From Octopus vulgaris (lineage: Eukaryota): a DNA stretch of 64,000 bases. Under the pieces are notes generated by a model, which did not search any database, had not been told where the DNA came from, and was given only the letters and a program-made list of their open reading frames with translations. The stretch's first letter is position 1, and every line of letters begins with the position of its first letter. Of this stretch, positions 28,073 through 43,020 are shown piece after piece. The stretch spans positions 33,480,001 through 33,544,000 of the forward strand of contig OX597832.1 in NCBI GenBank assembly GCA_951406725.2. The letters run 5' to 3'. The translations under genes and the position numbers were made by a program.

Positions 28073-28106
28073 CTATTGAAGAGCGTAGGCTCGAAACGTC
28101 TAAGAC
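28073..28106 (+). ncRNA. Degenerate hammerhead-like motif
   Basis: CTatTGA-a-GAGC gtag GCTC-GAAA-CG-TC in a ~170-bp island after (TA)n; core positions 5/6 non-canonical and stem I poor. Confidence 0.45.
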
Positions 28107-28315
28107 TTTTCATTGTTACGGAGCGTCCAATTATTACACTTGCTTGTTGTTACCCCACATGTTTGTATTTTGTTTTCTGTATATTTGAACCATATATGCA
28201 TACACACATGTATGCGTGTCAGTGTTCGCGCGCGCATGTGAGTGAATGTAGCGTATCTATTTATCTCACTAACAATCAATCTATCTGTCTATATGTTTCT
28301 CTATCTATCTGTATA

Positions 28316-28371
<56 letters not shown>

Positions 28372-30170
28372 TAGTGTATCTACCTATTTATTTATCAATT
28401 TATAATATATGTGTATGCGTGTGAGTATATATGTGCGTGTGTGTGTGAGCTTGTGAGTGTACATGTGTGTGTTTTCCTGCGTATATATGTAGGAAAAATC
28501 AAATTAGATTTTGTAATTGAATTCCAATCGAAAAACCGCGTCCAGCGTTGAATATGAATATAAGAAGAAGCGATGTATTAATTCGTCCTAATGATATTTT
28601 CTTTACCAAATAAGGAAGACTTTATGATTCTTGTTTGCTTTTATACTAACCAATAATATTGTTGTCGTTGTTGCTTTTGTTGTTTCATGTTGTCATCGTT
28701 TTGTTGTTGTTTTTGTCGTCATCGTTGTGGTTGTTCTTATTGCTACTGCTGCTACCGCTGCCGCTGCTTCTGGTGCTGCTGTTGTTCCAGTGATGTTGGC
28801 TCTGGTAGCAGTTGTAGTAAATTAGTTTGTTTTAATTTTTTTTTCCTTCTTCTCTGATTATTCTTCTGTTCACACTTCAAAGCTTTGCTTTACACGATAA
28901 GATCTTGCTCTATCGAGGAAATTGGAAGTATTTGGTGTGTTCTCACTGACGATACACTCAGCAACCTTGACAAACTCTGCTCGACGTTCAATTATTTAAT
29001 CTACTTCAACACCAGGTGAGTGCTACACATCAACATTGTACTCACGTGTTCGCTCTCCCTCGTAGATAACGGATGCTTCAATATGCAGTTCTTAGCCTCA
29101 TATTACGCAACAGCAAAAATAAGATTTGCTGTGCTTCGATATCCCTAAATATAACAGATATATACGTATATATCTTTTATTTTTTAAATGTTTCAGTCAT
29201 TATACTGTGGCCATGCCGAAGCATCACCTTGAGGAATTTTTGGTCGAATGAATTGACTCCTAGAAGTTATCTTACGAGGACGTATAAAACTTATCCCGTT
29301 GTTAAACGGTGGTGAAGAACGAACAAGGGCACATACACTCATATATATGCGTGAGTGTGTGTATATATATGTATGTATGTATATATGTATGTATGCATGT
29401 AAGTATGTAAAGTTTATAAATTTCAATTTCATGAAAACGGAAAATACATACATAGAGTAAGCAATTATTACTATAGCCCATTTGAAATTAATAAATTCAT
29501 TCATATTACCTACGCTGCGTTTCGGCTGATTGTTGCTATTCAATATTTGCACTTCAATATGTATTATGAAGTTGAAAAAGATAAAACCACCTCAGGGCTT
29601 AATTGACTGATTTTTTACATCCTAATGGATGGGGAGATTATTCCGTTTGAATTGTAGCTTCTGCGTCTTAGATTCCGTTCTAGATCACCGGCCAACTCAC
29701 TCATGCTTCACACGCCAGCAATGTTTTGCAAAGCGCAAACGTCTTTTAATTATAATGGTAGAAACAGGCAGGGGATCTCCATACAGTTGTTCCTTCGTCG
29801 CATGAGTTCTTAAATATAAGTTTTAAGACTGCTCCTTGCATTGATGGGTTGCTTCCATCTAGCTTGGATTCCATAAACATTAAACCTACAAAAAAAAAAG
29901 AAACAATAAACGTAATATTAACGACAAAATTGTTAATATAAATATAATTATTGATGATAGAGAAACATTCACGTATTTGAGCAGGCGGTCCGAACAAAAC
30001 GTAGGTAGATCAACTCAACAGTAACAGTGACCGCATCTCCCAAACCCTCCCTCAACTAATGCCGGACAGGGATGAATGACGGGCTCGGGTTAAATGTGCC
30101 TGAGCAAGCTCAGTCTGTGGAGGCTGATATAAATTAATGAAGGTAGACATTAATTTGCATAACCAGAATA

Positions 30171-30401
30171 TATTTCTTTACTGCCGACAAGGGGCTAAAC
30201 ACAGAGGGGACAAACAAGGACAGACAAAAGGATTAAGTCGATTACATCGACTACAGTGCGTAACTGGTACTTAATTTATCGACCCCGAAAGGATGAAAGG
30301 CAAAGTCGACCTCGGCGGAATTTGAACTCAGAACGTAACGACAGACGAAATATCGCTAAGCATTTTGCCCGGCGTGCTAACGTTTCTGACAGCTCGCCGC
30401 C
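30171..30401 (-). mobile_element. Full-length tRNA-derived Nin-domain-like SINE
   Basis: ggcggcgagctg..gagttcaaattccgccgaggtcgactttgcctttcatcctttcggggtcgataaattaagtaccag..taaagaaata; AGAATA repeated on both flanks (TSD). Confidence 0.93.
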
Positions 30402-31386
30402 AGAATAAGCTTCATATCGGGCATACGCTGGTAGAAAGATATAAAGTAGCATTTAATAAATATTTATGCCCAACCAATCACATTCTAGAAAACACAATAA
30501 TGAAACAGAATACAACTATAAAACTCTGAATCGGATAGAGTTTCGGCGACATTCGATGGAATATTGTCTCGCCAAGTTTCCAGAAAATTGTCAATATTCC
30601 AACAGCAGGGTATTGCCATCGAGGGCCTTCCATTAACAGAGTTGTAAGAACGTAAGACAAAATGACTTGATACATTCTCCCTATAACCTAGATTTTGAAG
30701 TCGAATTCCGCTGAGCATTTCGTTTAATTCCTTGCAACTCTCTACATCAAAATATTACCAGTATACTGTCAGTCGAGGTAAGTGATGAAACCCCATATCC
30801 TCCAAGCTTCTGGCCCTGTGTTCAAATTACAAGCGATATTTAATCATTATTCGATAATTGAAACTAGACAGCTTCCCATCAATATATGCGTTCGAATCTA
30901 AACCTTTCGTGGAAGCCTATTTGCAGAATTAATTGAACAAGAAATAGCAGTTAAATCACACTCAAACCATAAACTATGTCTGAAAACAAAACACAGATTA
31001 AACTAAATAATGTCGTGCAACAATAAGGTAGGTTTTAAAAAAATCTAAGCCATAAAGGAAGAAATGGCGAGGGCCGGGGTGTTTGACAGAAACTCTTTAC
31101 GATTGGAATAAAAGTCGACCAGCACCAATTCCACAGCAATAACAGTAAAAAAACAATAATACTAACACCAACAACAACATTAATTAGAGGCTAAATTAAT
31201 GCAATCTATACAACGACGATGTCTCTAGATACTTATTATCTACAGGAAAATTTATCTAATCAACACGATTGTGGAAAAAGGGAAGTGAGCGTCTACCTAA
31301 TGTGTGTATATAAATATATGTTTGTGTATATGTGTGTATAGATGGAATATGTATATGGGTGGTGCGTATGTCTATGCTCTCTCTCT

Positions 31387-31460
<74 letters not shown>

Positions 31461-31539
31461 ATATATTTTGTTTGCATGAACTTGTAATGACTACATCAAT
31501 ACATTTGCATACGCACAGAATCTATCACATACACACACT

Positions 31540-31607
<68 letters not shown>

Positions 31608-32240
31608 ATATATATATATATATACATATATGCATGCATACATACATATATATGCATATATACACACACACATATACACATGTATTTATATACGTGTATG
31701 TGTGTGTGTGCGTGTGTGCGTGTGGGCGTGTGTGTGCCTTTCATGCTAAGAGGCTATTAAATAAGAGAACCATAGCTATGTTAGACAATAACATGCAACA
31801 ATACGAGAACAAGAAACAAACAGCATTCTTAATAACTGCAACGATAGAATGCGGTAATTTGTTACGCCAGTTATTGCTGTCTATCGTTATTGGCGGCGGT
31901 GGCGGTGGAGACAGTGATGGCGGTTCTGTAGTTTTAGCCACAGGTAAATCCTAACTGGTCAGACATGATTAAAAGCATTACAGCAGTGACCATTCTGGTA
32001 GTTTCATTTCTGGTAGACGTGACTGCTATTTCTAAGTAGTGAAACGATTAACTAGATAGCATTTCACTACAGTGTTGTATGAAATAACAACATAGCAAGG
32101 AAAACTATCAGATTCACCGCCAGGAGCAGATTCCTAGTATTTCTGTAGTTTAGACTCGAAAGCAAGGTGAAACAGAGGAAGGAGATGTTAATGGGCAACA
32201 TGACACACACACACACATACGCATTCATATACGTATTTAC

Positions 32241-32328
<88 letters not shown>

Positions 32329-32349
32329 ATAATAATGATAATGTCATAA

Positions 32350-32567
32350 GGCGGCGAGCTGGCAGAAACGTTAGCATGCTGAGCGTATTTCGTCTGTCGT
32401 TACGTTCCGAGTTCAAATTCCGCCGAGGTCGACTTTGCCTTTCGTCCTTTCGGGGTCGATAAATTAAGTACCAGTTACACACTGGGGTCGATGTAATCGA
32501 CTTAATCCATTTGTCTGTCCTTGTTTGTCCACTCTGTGTTTAGCCCCTTGTGGGTAGTAAAGAAATA
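32350..32567 (+). mobile_element. Near full-length SINE of the same family
   Basis: Collinear with the reverse complement of 30171-30401 apart from a short head deletion; sits in (TAA)n. Confidence 0.93.
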
Positions 32568-33465
32568 AATAATAATAATAATAATGTAATATATAAAACA
32601 CACACACACACACGTATATATATTCCGGGCGTTTTCTAAACGTTCTTGTCTTGACAATGCTAGAGATAAGAAGAATGTGTTGTGTGTTAGAAAGAATCTT
32701 GAAGACATGAATCTACCAACTCCAGCTGCTGCCTGACATCATGTGGCAAGAACGAAGAATCGACCTGGGGGCTTGATTTCAATATACCTGCATTGTTGAT
32801 GTGCAATGGTTCAATTGAGCGTCTGCTAACACGTTTAGGATGAATCCGCCTTGGTGATCTGGATCACCGAACAGCCAATGTACGTTGCCTAGCGAGATAA
32901 TCTGCTATTTGATGGTGTGGCTGTGTTTCACGCAGTTGACTGCTTTGAAGGCCCAGGGGTTCTTCTCAGACCAGACCTCATTAAATGTGATATGTGTTGA
33001 TGAGTGAATCGCTACAGGCAGTAAATGAACTGGAGAGAGACAGACAGACATACAGACAGATGCAGTTTCAGTTACTGTGCTGTAAAAAAAAGTGTGGGCA
33101 AGACCGTCAAGATTGATGTGGTTAGATGCTTCTACTCTGATTATGAGACGCGTCGATTGTGGTTAAATGCATTACAATGATGTAGAATATTTATTTTGTA
33201 TCCAGTCAACAATGAATGATTTTCACTCCTTTTGGCAAGGATATGGATCTTTTCTGTTGTCACAGTTTTCAATTCTTTTAATTTTCTTCGATTTGTTTTC
33301 AAATTTGGTGAACTGATGTACTTTTGTATGATAGTTAAGGAGATAAAATTCATTTTGAAATGAATTCATAAATAAAAGTTAGTAGCTTTTACACTTTGCA
33401 AGTTTTGCAAATTATTGCTAATTTTATCTAGTCGAAAGCCTCAGGTATATTGGTACCTTTTTCAC

Positions 33466-33554
<89 letters not shown>

Positions 33555-34096
33555 CGTGTGTGTGAGAGAGGGAGTGTGTGTGTGTGTATGCATTTGTGAG
33601 ATTAATTATTTGTTACTGCTAAATAATGTTATTCAATCTATCACGCCTGCTACTATCAAGGCGTACTAATTCTAAAACTACTACTACTACTACAATATCC
33701 CTTCTCCCAACAAATATTCCTATAGGATATCTGCTACAAACTTTACTAATAATACTAGTAACACTACTATTGCTACTGCTACCCCTGGTGTTCCTAATAC
33801 AACTGCTTCTTCGTTTGCACAAACGAGGGAGGTGTAGGTGCCACTCAATGGAAACCCGCCAAACGACCGCCTCCCCTGCACAGATGATAACATTGTTCTA
33901 TGCTATCGAGATAAATCATAATTGGCTCACAATTTCTATTGCTTCCTATTCATACAGAAGAAATGTTCCTCCACCGACTTAATCAGCAGAACTTGGGCTT
34001 CGCATTCAATTAGAAATGGTGCATTTAACTATATGCACACATGTACACGCACACACACACAATGTCACACACACGTACACACACATATATGCTTAA

Positions 34097-34131
<35 letters not shown>

Positions 34132-34606
34132 CAGATACATTTATATATTCGAGTGTATGTATGCATGTATGTATATATATATATACATATATATATACAA
34201 GCACACACGGGCGCATAAATGCATTTTTACATATAATTGTGCATACATTCACTGACACATACACACACGCACGAATATGCATGTGTCTGCTTGTGTGTTC
34301 GTAAATTTCCTGTGCATAGGTTTCTGCCTGCGTCTGTGTGTGTCTGTGTGTCCCAACACGTGCTTCCGTCTATTCGTGTCTTAGACTCCATGTGCTGCAG
34401 AACTTTGGCTTCGTAATTAAGTACAAATGTGAAAGCAGACTTAGACCGACCCAACTGCCTGCACATACGCGCACCTTAGCTCACCTATACCAGCACATAC
34501 GTGCGCGTGTGTGTACACATATATATCTGTGTGCATGTATGTATGTGGGTGTGTGGAATAATTATAACAATAGAGAAAACATCGACTGGTCCACACTCAA
34601 AATCCA

Positions 34607-35166
34607 TTGGGTTGTCTGGAAAGTTCGTGCCGATATTTAAAGGGGAAAAAAGGTCAATAAATACTTGCCATTACAATTTTAATCAACGAAATGTGAATCA
34701 TTTTGCTGCATAATGCGTCTCCTTCTTTCCTGTAACTTGAAAATACCCTCTTCCCAGAATTGAGGTGGTTTCATGGCAAAGAATTCATCAAGGTATCTTT
34801 TTACGTCATCCAAGGAATTGAAATTGTTACAAATAAGACTATTCTGCAGAGACCTGAATAAGGTGAAATTCGAAGGAGCAATATCTGGTGAATATGGAGG
34901 GTGGGGTAACACATCTCAGCCGAGCTGCAGCAAATTTGGTCTAGTTCCGAAAGCATCAAGTGCCGAAAATTAACTTTATTATCTTCAATTTTAAAGGGTT
35001 ACAGAATTAACACAGGTTTTAGGAACATAAACCTGCTTCTACGAAAAGATAAACTGTTCTCTAAATGGAGGTGTAGTCAAATCCTATTTTATGGACTCAA
35101 CCATGTTCTAAAATATGTCGAAAGGTCAGCTACTATAAATCGGCATGAACTTTCTGAACAACCCAT
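34607..35166 (-). mobile_element. Internally deleted mariner (560 bp) with both TIRs
   Basis: TIRs ttgggttgtctggaaagttcgtgccgat / atcggcatgaactttctgaacaacccat; N-terminal EDNKVNFRHLML joined to TRPNLLQLG*DVLPHPPYSPDIAPSNFTLFRSLQNSL..FWEEGIFKL. Confidence 0.93.
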
Positions 35167-35954
35167 GTGTACAGTGGTTTACAGCAATTGTATATTTGAA
35201 TAGTATATCCCCATAGAATTATTTTGTATTGCTTATATTTCGGTGTAAAATTCCCGAGTCATAGCGTTAATAATTTACTTCAAACGTCTTTCAGATTTTA
35301 CTCACTATATTCCCGTCTTCAGAACTTTCGGTGGTAAAACTGCTTAGGCGTATCTTCCTTGCAGATACGATATCCTCAGAAGCAAAAAGGCTGTGAACAA
35401 AGTGTAGAAGCCAAGAGAAATGCTGAATCCTTTTTTGTAACAATGCGAATGGAGGTATTTAGCAATTACTGAAGCTCATTTAATTGTGCATCCTCCTTCT
35501 GCTATATTGCGGGTAGTGTGTCAATGTCAGAAATTGTTTTAGCAATGATAGACTCTGGATAAAATGAACTGTGATTTATTTACTGAAGTTTGCCTTCTTT
35601 TCAAATTCAGATTTCTCAGAACTAATCGTTTTACTTAATTCCTCTTGGATCCCATTGAATGGGAGGCATTCAGTTACTTAGTAATGATAAAATGAATTGT
35701 ATTACTTTCCTAAACGATAATTCACTGTCTTATGATCATTAAAAGTTAGGCTGCTAAGCTGTTGTGGCTAGAATGTCTAGTCTGCTGGGTGAGATCATCA
35801 AAATAAAAGGATTTTGTCACATTTTGTCTCTTCTATGCATCTCAAATTTATTGAAATATCTCAAAATGTTCTTTGGATCTTTAACGATCATTTATTTCGA
35901 ATCTCACTTCAAATCCCGCTAGGGTAAACTTCGTCACTGTCGAATATAATATCG

Positions 35955-36146
35955 GTTTCAAATTTTCACACAAAACCAGCAATGTTTATGTTGGGTGTGT
36001 AAGTCGATTACAATGACCCCCAGTGCCTCAATTCGTACTTATTTCACCGACCTCGAACGGAAGAAAAGCAAAGATGATCTCAGAACGTAAAGTCAGTTGA
36101 AATAAAGCTAAGCCTTTTGTCCCGTCTTCTAACAATTCTGCCACCT
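35955..36146 (-). mobile_element. Old Nin-domain-like SINE
   Basis: aagtcgattacaatgaccccc..tacttatttcaccgacctcgaacggaagaaaagcaaag..ctcagaacgtaa. Confidence 0.75.
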
Positions 36147-37716
36147 ATCATCATCCAATTGGAATTCTTCATCACCCCCAATTATTCTTTCCGCCGCCAC
36201 CAATGAATCATTAAACAAAAATGGAAACTATCCTGTTGATCTCATGGCTCTGTGAGAAAAATCTGTCACTGGTTCTGTATTTTTCCGTTCGAGAAGGATG
36301 AAAACCAAAGTCGATTTCGCCTGGATTTGAACTCGGTATCATAGCAATAAATACTGCAGTGCAATCTATCCGATGCTCTATCGACTCTCTTAAGTCAGTA
36401 TTTTATGGAACAGCATTCAGTCCCTCTTTTATGATGAGACTTTGAAACTAAGGATTTCTAACGTGAGCTGCATCTGACTATATTTTATTGTTGTAGAGAA
36501 ATCTAATTGCTTTGATCGATAGCAGTTTTTAATTAGGATTTTATTTAATCGATCCCGGCAAATGAATTATAAAATCAACAATCATAGTATTATAATTTGT
36601 GTCATTTTTATTTAAGCCTTTATTTTTGTGCATAATGCGTTTTCTTTTACATGCTTTTTGAAGCCACGATTATGTAATTCAAGAGATGGGTTGCAGGTTC
36701 TGTCATACAGGGTTTATTATCCTTACTGGGATCTCCAACGTACTGGTTCCCGTTATGAGTATTTTATCGATAACTGCCGGAGTTTGAAAGCGAAATTCAA
36801 AGATCGGAAATAGATACTGCAAAGACACTCGCTCTCATCATTTCTGTCTATCCACAGTTCTTTCTCATGATTTTGGCCACAAATAGATTAAAATCAAAAG
36901 GCAAATACCAGAAAAAAAACTGACACTTTATCCAGTCCTGTTTTGAACTCAGCCATAAATTAAACAAACGATCTACCAACAGCTGAACTAATTTTTGCAC
37001 TCAACCATCTTGTCATGCTACATAATAATTGGCTTTTCGATGCCTACAGGGAAAGTCATCGATGACGCCAATCCACGCACTAAGAATTCTATCGGAATCT
37101 CGATGATAGCAAATCTTATTCTGTTAAAAAACAAAAAAACAAATATGGATGAGTCGACAGTTTTGGTAGATTCAATCGAATTACACGTTTCTGTTCATTT
37201 GCTGAGGTAGTAATTATTTACGAACGCTCGTCGTCGTCGTCGTTGTGGTGGCTAATATTGTCACTGCTGCCACTGCTGCTACTTCCAGTCCTATCCGAGG
37301 TAACCGAGTTAAAATACGGTCAAATGTAATTATCTATATTATTGTCTCTTATGAGATCTTTTCCACCTTTAAGCTATTATGGTGTAAATCAAAGCGGATT
37401 TTGTTGATATTTCTAGCAATTGCAGCCACCACGTGCAAGCACGAAGAGGGAACTGTTATCAGAAATGACAGAGTATCTAAGTAATTAACTTGTATTATTT
37501 AATTAATTGATTACCGTGCAACTAATTAGCTACATCTGTTTATATTATGAAGTAAAATGCAAAAGTGATTTCTTTCTCTTTCCTTCAAACATGGCGGATA
37601 CAAAATATTCACTTTGCGTAGAAGCATCGACATAGCATAATAGTTAAGAAGTTATTCTGTGCATCCATGTTCGATCACAATGTTCGGAGCCTTGGGAATT
37701 TTTAGTTTATTTATTT

Positions 37717-38075
37717 ACTAGCTGGTGTACCCGGTAATTCCAGGGGGTAAAGTTGTTCTATTGAAACGCCTTATTACTCTGATATAAGAAAGCAAATTCG
37801 TTATAACTCCCACAAAGGTGTATTTTCCGTCACGAAAAGGTACAAAGATCTGTCAGCTGGAACAGGGAGAGACTGGCGAGAGAGGTTTTTGGAGGTTGGC
37901 GAGAGGCAAAGTCATTCTACTTAGCAAAGGCATCTGGGAAATGTATAACTGCTGTCATTCACAGAAATCTATCGTTTTACCGCAAGAAAAGCGCTGTTGA
38001 AGTGTTAAGTGAAATTTGGTAATCGAGGATCGAATCCACGCTGTATCTGCATGAATCCACTACAAACACGTTGTG
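37717..38075 (+). mobile_element. Possible non-autonomous Helitron/Helentron-type element
   Basis: Begins ACTAGCTGGTGTACCCGGtaattCCaGGG, resembling the terminal hairpin typical of such elements; the far end was not identified. Confidence 0.35.
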
Positions 38076-38084
38076 GAATAAAAA

Positions 38085-38382
38085 AAATTATCTACTTCGA
38101 GGTAATTCGAATGCGGAGTCTAGAAACAAAAACAACTCCCATCATAATAGGCACGTTAGGTATGATAAAAAAAAAAAACATTCAGACAAATAAATAAAAA
38201 AAAATCACCAGGGCTAACAAGTATATACAACATACAAAAAATAGCTTTACTAGGCACCGCACACATCCTACGTAAAACACTTCCAATACAGTAAAAATAA
38301 GAGCAATCCCAGAACATACCCAAGGTACACAGATCTGCGTTCGATATGCAGTGAAAGCACGTGATAAAAATAAGACTACTGA
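38085..38382 (+). mobile_element. 3' end of an R4/Dong LINE
   Basis: EVIRMRSLETKTTPIIIGTLGMIKK..SPGLTSIYNIQKIALLGTAHILRKTLPIQ*, a short 3' UTR, then (GAT)n/(TAA)n. Confidence 0.88.
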
Positions 38383-38431
38383 ATGATGATGATGATGGTG
38401 GTGGTGGTGGTGGTGCTGGTGCTGGTGGTGG

Positions 38432-38516
<85 letters not shown>

Positions 38517-38519
<3 letters not shown>

Positions 38520-38710
38520 TTTGGTACAATTTCAGCACTTGCGGAGGAAGGAATAAGTTGATTACATCGACCCCAGTACTCAAATGTTACTTGTTCTATC
38601 GACCAAATTATGAAGGGCAAAGTCGACCTCAGCAGAATTTGAAATCAGAACTTGGAGAAAGACAAAACGACTCTAAGCATTTTAGACCCGGCACAGTATC
38701 AATTCTGACA
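38517..38710 (-). mobile_element. Old Nin-domain-like SINE
   Basis: gattacatcgaccccagtact..tatcgacc..ggcaaagtcgacctcagcagaatttgaaatcagaac. Confidence 0.8.
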
Positions 38711-39230
38711 AGGGTGAACAAGAGGAGGCGAACTTTCATCATAGAAGTACTTACACAGGGTTGATTAGGAGACTGAAAGCAATAACAACAACAACATCCT
38801 CAATACCAATTATAAAAATAAAAATATATACAAGACAAGAGAAAGTAAAATTTATTATAATAATAAGTCAAACGTAAAGAAAAGATCGATGATTTGTTCA
38901 ATTATTGGCTGTGCTTATTTCAAAGATGTCTCGCAACTCTTAATATAATGTTTGTCAGTTAACACTATACAACAATAGCTGGCTTCATGTAAACTATAAA
39001 CTTCCGCAATAAAAGAACATATATTTAATATATTGTAAAAGTTTTTCATAGCGAGAGACAATTAGATTGATAAAACAAAATACTGGAACGCTCTTGTCTA
39101 CACACGCGCATACACACTTGCACATACATACATACATAAATACATACATACATACATACAAATAAACAGACAGACAAATAAACAGACTAACATACAAGCA
39201 CACACACACACACAAACACACATATATTAA

Positions 39231-39263
<33 letters not shown>

Positions 39264-39358
39264 GTAATATATGTGTGTGTTTCTGTATTTATATAAGTAT
39301 GCGGCTTTGATTATGTTGAAATTATCAGTATTTCTCTTATTCTTGCCTTCGTATGTAC

Positions 39359-39995
<637 letters not shown>

Positions 39996-40377
39996 AATAC
40001 ATCTATATACACATACAATATATCTGTGTGTGTGTATAGAATTGCATATAATATATATACGTATACACATAGTGCACATGCACATATATATAGTAATAAT
40101 GGTAGAAATATAATTTCTCGGGATATCATAACAGAACTCTTTGTGCAAAGGATTCAGTAAAGAAGTCAATGGCTGTAAAGAATTGAAAAGAATTAAAGAA
40201 AAATTCCGAAATTATTCCAATCCAAAGTATCAATATAACTGAGTGAAGTCGAATTAATACTTCCAAAAAGAGCATTGTTATTCGTATATGTATATGAGTA
40301 CATATGTATGTATGTGTGTATGTATGTATGCATGTATGCATACACATACATACATATATACAGATAGCTAAATAGAG

Positions 40378-40456
<79 letters not shown>

Positions 40457-40670
40457 CATAGATGTAGTTAAATAGGTAGGTGGGTAGTTGGAAGATATAT
40501 GGATAGATTGACTGAAAAAATTAACAGAAAGCACAGTATATATGATTGCCGTCACGATGCATCCTAAATCACAAACGGGAAAAACTGATAGCTCTCTCTC
40601 TCATTCTCCCTCTTTCTCTCTCTCTCTATCTATTTATCTGTCAATCTGCCAATCTGTCTGTCTATCTATC

Positions 40671-40705
<35 letters not shown>

Positions 40706-41774
40706 CTATCAATCTATTTTCTTATATAGTTATATACACAGAGAATCATACTGCTTTAGCCACAACCGTACCAAAAAGCGATTCGTCAGAACTCGGTATT
40801 TAAACTTTGCAGAATTAATGAGCTCCAAGGGCGCAAGGGTATTAATTGGCTGACATTCTCTGCTGCTGTCCTTTATATAAAGTTGCACTTTAATACAGAT
40901 CGGAATTTTTATAAATAAATAAACAACCAAGAATGGAACATGCACAGTGCCATCCATTAAATTACAGTCCTTGCCGCCGTAAGGAATTGTGAGTTTTGTG
41001 ATGACGCAATTTCATGAAATACTCGTAGTGGAATACATAGTAGAAATACCACGAAATTGGCGAAACGGCTGGAAACTAATAAGCTACAACGCGGTTGGAG
41101 AATTCAAAATTCAGCCTTAGATCAAATCCATTTAAAAATGGATCAAAGAAATGCAGACTCTGTATAGCAGAAGAAACACATACGTTGTGACACTCTAGGA
41201 GCCATAGTATCTTTTTAAAATATAGAAGTGAGATGTTCACCAGATGCATACATTAAGAAAAGTTTATCTGTTTGGAAATAAACTTAGACAGAATCTGAAT
41301 CAAATTATTTCTATGTTCAGAGATACGATCTTCTGAGGTAAGACTAAATGTGCTTGTCGAAAATAAGCCTCCACGTATGAGGAATATCGATAACTCTCAA
41401 GTGTGTTAAATGCCTCATTCTACGCAAACAAACGACGACCGAAGAGTACACATCATATACACGCACACGCACGCGCACATGCACACACACACACTCACAA
41501 GGGAATATATCACGCACACACCAATATGCACACACAAACAAACACACACGCGCGCATATAACGAGATTGTGTGTTAGAGAAAACAATAGATCAAAAGAGA
41601 CATGAAAAATTATATTAAATACATATGAGTCGTAGGACTGTATTAAGTGTGTGTGTGTGTCTAGGTAAATACGTATATCTACGTATGTATATAGATAAAT
41701 ATATGTAAAAATGTATATATATATATATGAATGATATATAGAGCTAGTTAACCATAGAGATAGATAGATACATG

Positions 41775-41838
<64 letters not shown>

Positions 41839-41923
41839 CATACATACATACATACATACATACATACATCCATAGATAGATAGATAGACAGATACATCCA
41901 TAGATAGATAGATAGATACATCC

Positions 41924-42025
<102 letters not shown>

Positions 42026-42982
42026 GCAATAACAAGTCAATGAAGTTTAAAATATTGAAGATTTGATGAATGGCAATACGGATAATGAAGGACAAAGCAT
42101 TCAGAAACGAAAGAAAAACTTCATGTCTGAAGAAGGAAATATACGAATTGTTTGGAATACACAATAGCATTTTTTTGCAAAATTAATATTGAGAAATTTG
42201 GCTTCAACACACACTGATAATATTGTTGGTTATTTCCTGCTTATCATTTGTTGTTGTTGTTGGTGATGGTGGTGATGGTGGTGGTGAGTTTTGTTTCTGT
42301 TGTTCTTACTGTTGTGGCGTTGTTGGTGTTTTTTCAATGGAATATTGTTTTGTTAATATTTGAAAATTATTCTTATTTGTGTAGGCTTTGTATTATGTAT
42401 ATTGTTGAGTGTCTATATTTCTATATATCTGCCTATGTATCTGGCTATATATACTTTCGTATGTGTTGATAGGTATGTACTGTTCAGTTTGTATTTATGT
42501 GTACATATGTGTGTAGGTTCTCTTCTATATGTGTGTATGTTCTCTTCTATTTTTAATTATTTGAAGTCTTCCTGTACGGAAGGAACTGATGTCCATCAAA
42601 AACCCAGAATCCCATCGTTGTAATGTAAGAACGAAGAACAAATTCTTGTTTTGAACCTGAGAAAAGTCTTGCATATTTTTACTGTCGCACTTATAGATTA
42701 TAGACTTTGTAATGTCCAAATTAACTGCTTGAGTTCTTTTTCCTTTTTTTCTTTTGTGGGGGTCGGCGACGGATGATCCTAACCTTCCCAGATTGTCGCT
42801 TCATAATTTATTCAAAAAACTAAGTGCATCAATTATTATTTGCATAAATGTAAATTTATAACCAGGTATACAAGCTGAAAGTTTCAAAGATGCCATTAGT
42901 CATTCTGTTCCTCTTTGATTTTCGAAGAGTTACTCACATCAGTAGAGTTAGTCATATCTGTGACGCTATATATATATATAAT

Positions 42983-43020
<38 letters not shown>

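Noticed and set aside
29505-29548. Minus-strand GAAA-CGCAGCG-UA half-hammerhead
   Set aside because: No valid 5' core box or adjacent stem I.
32720-33030. GC-balanced stretch that looks coding
   Set aside because: Stops in the minus-strand frame translated, no long ORF in the track and no motif recognised.
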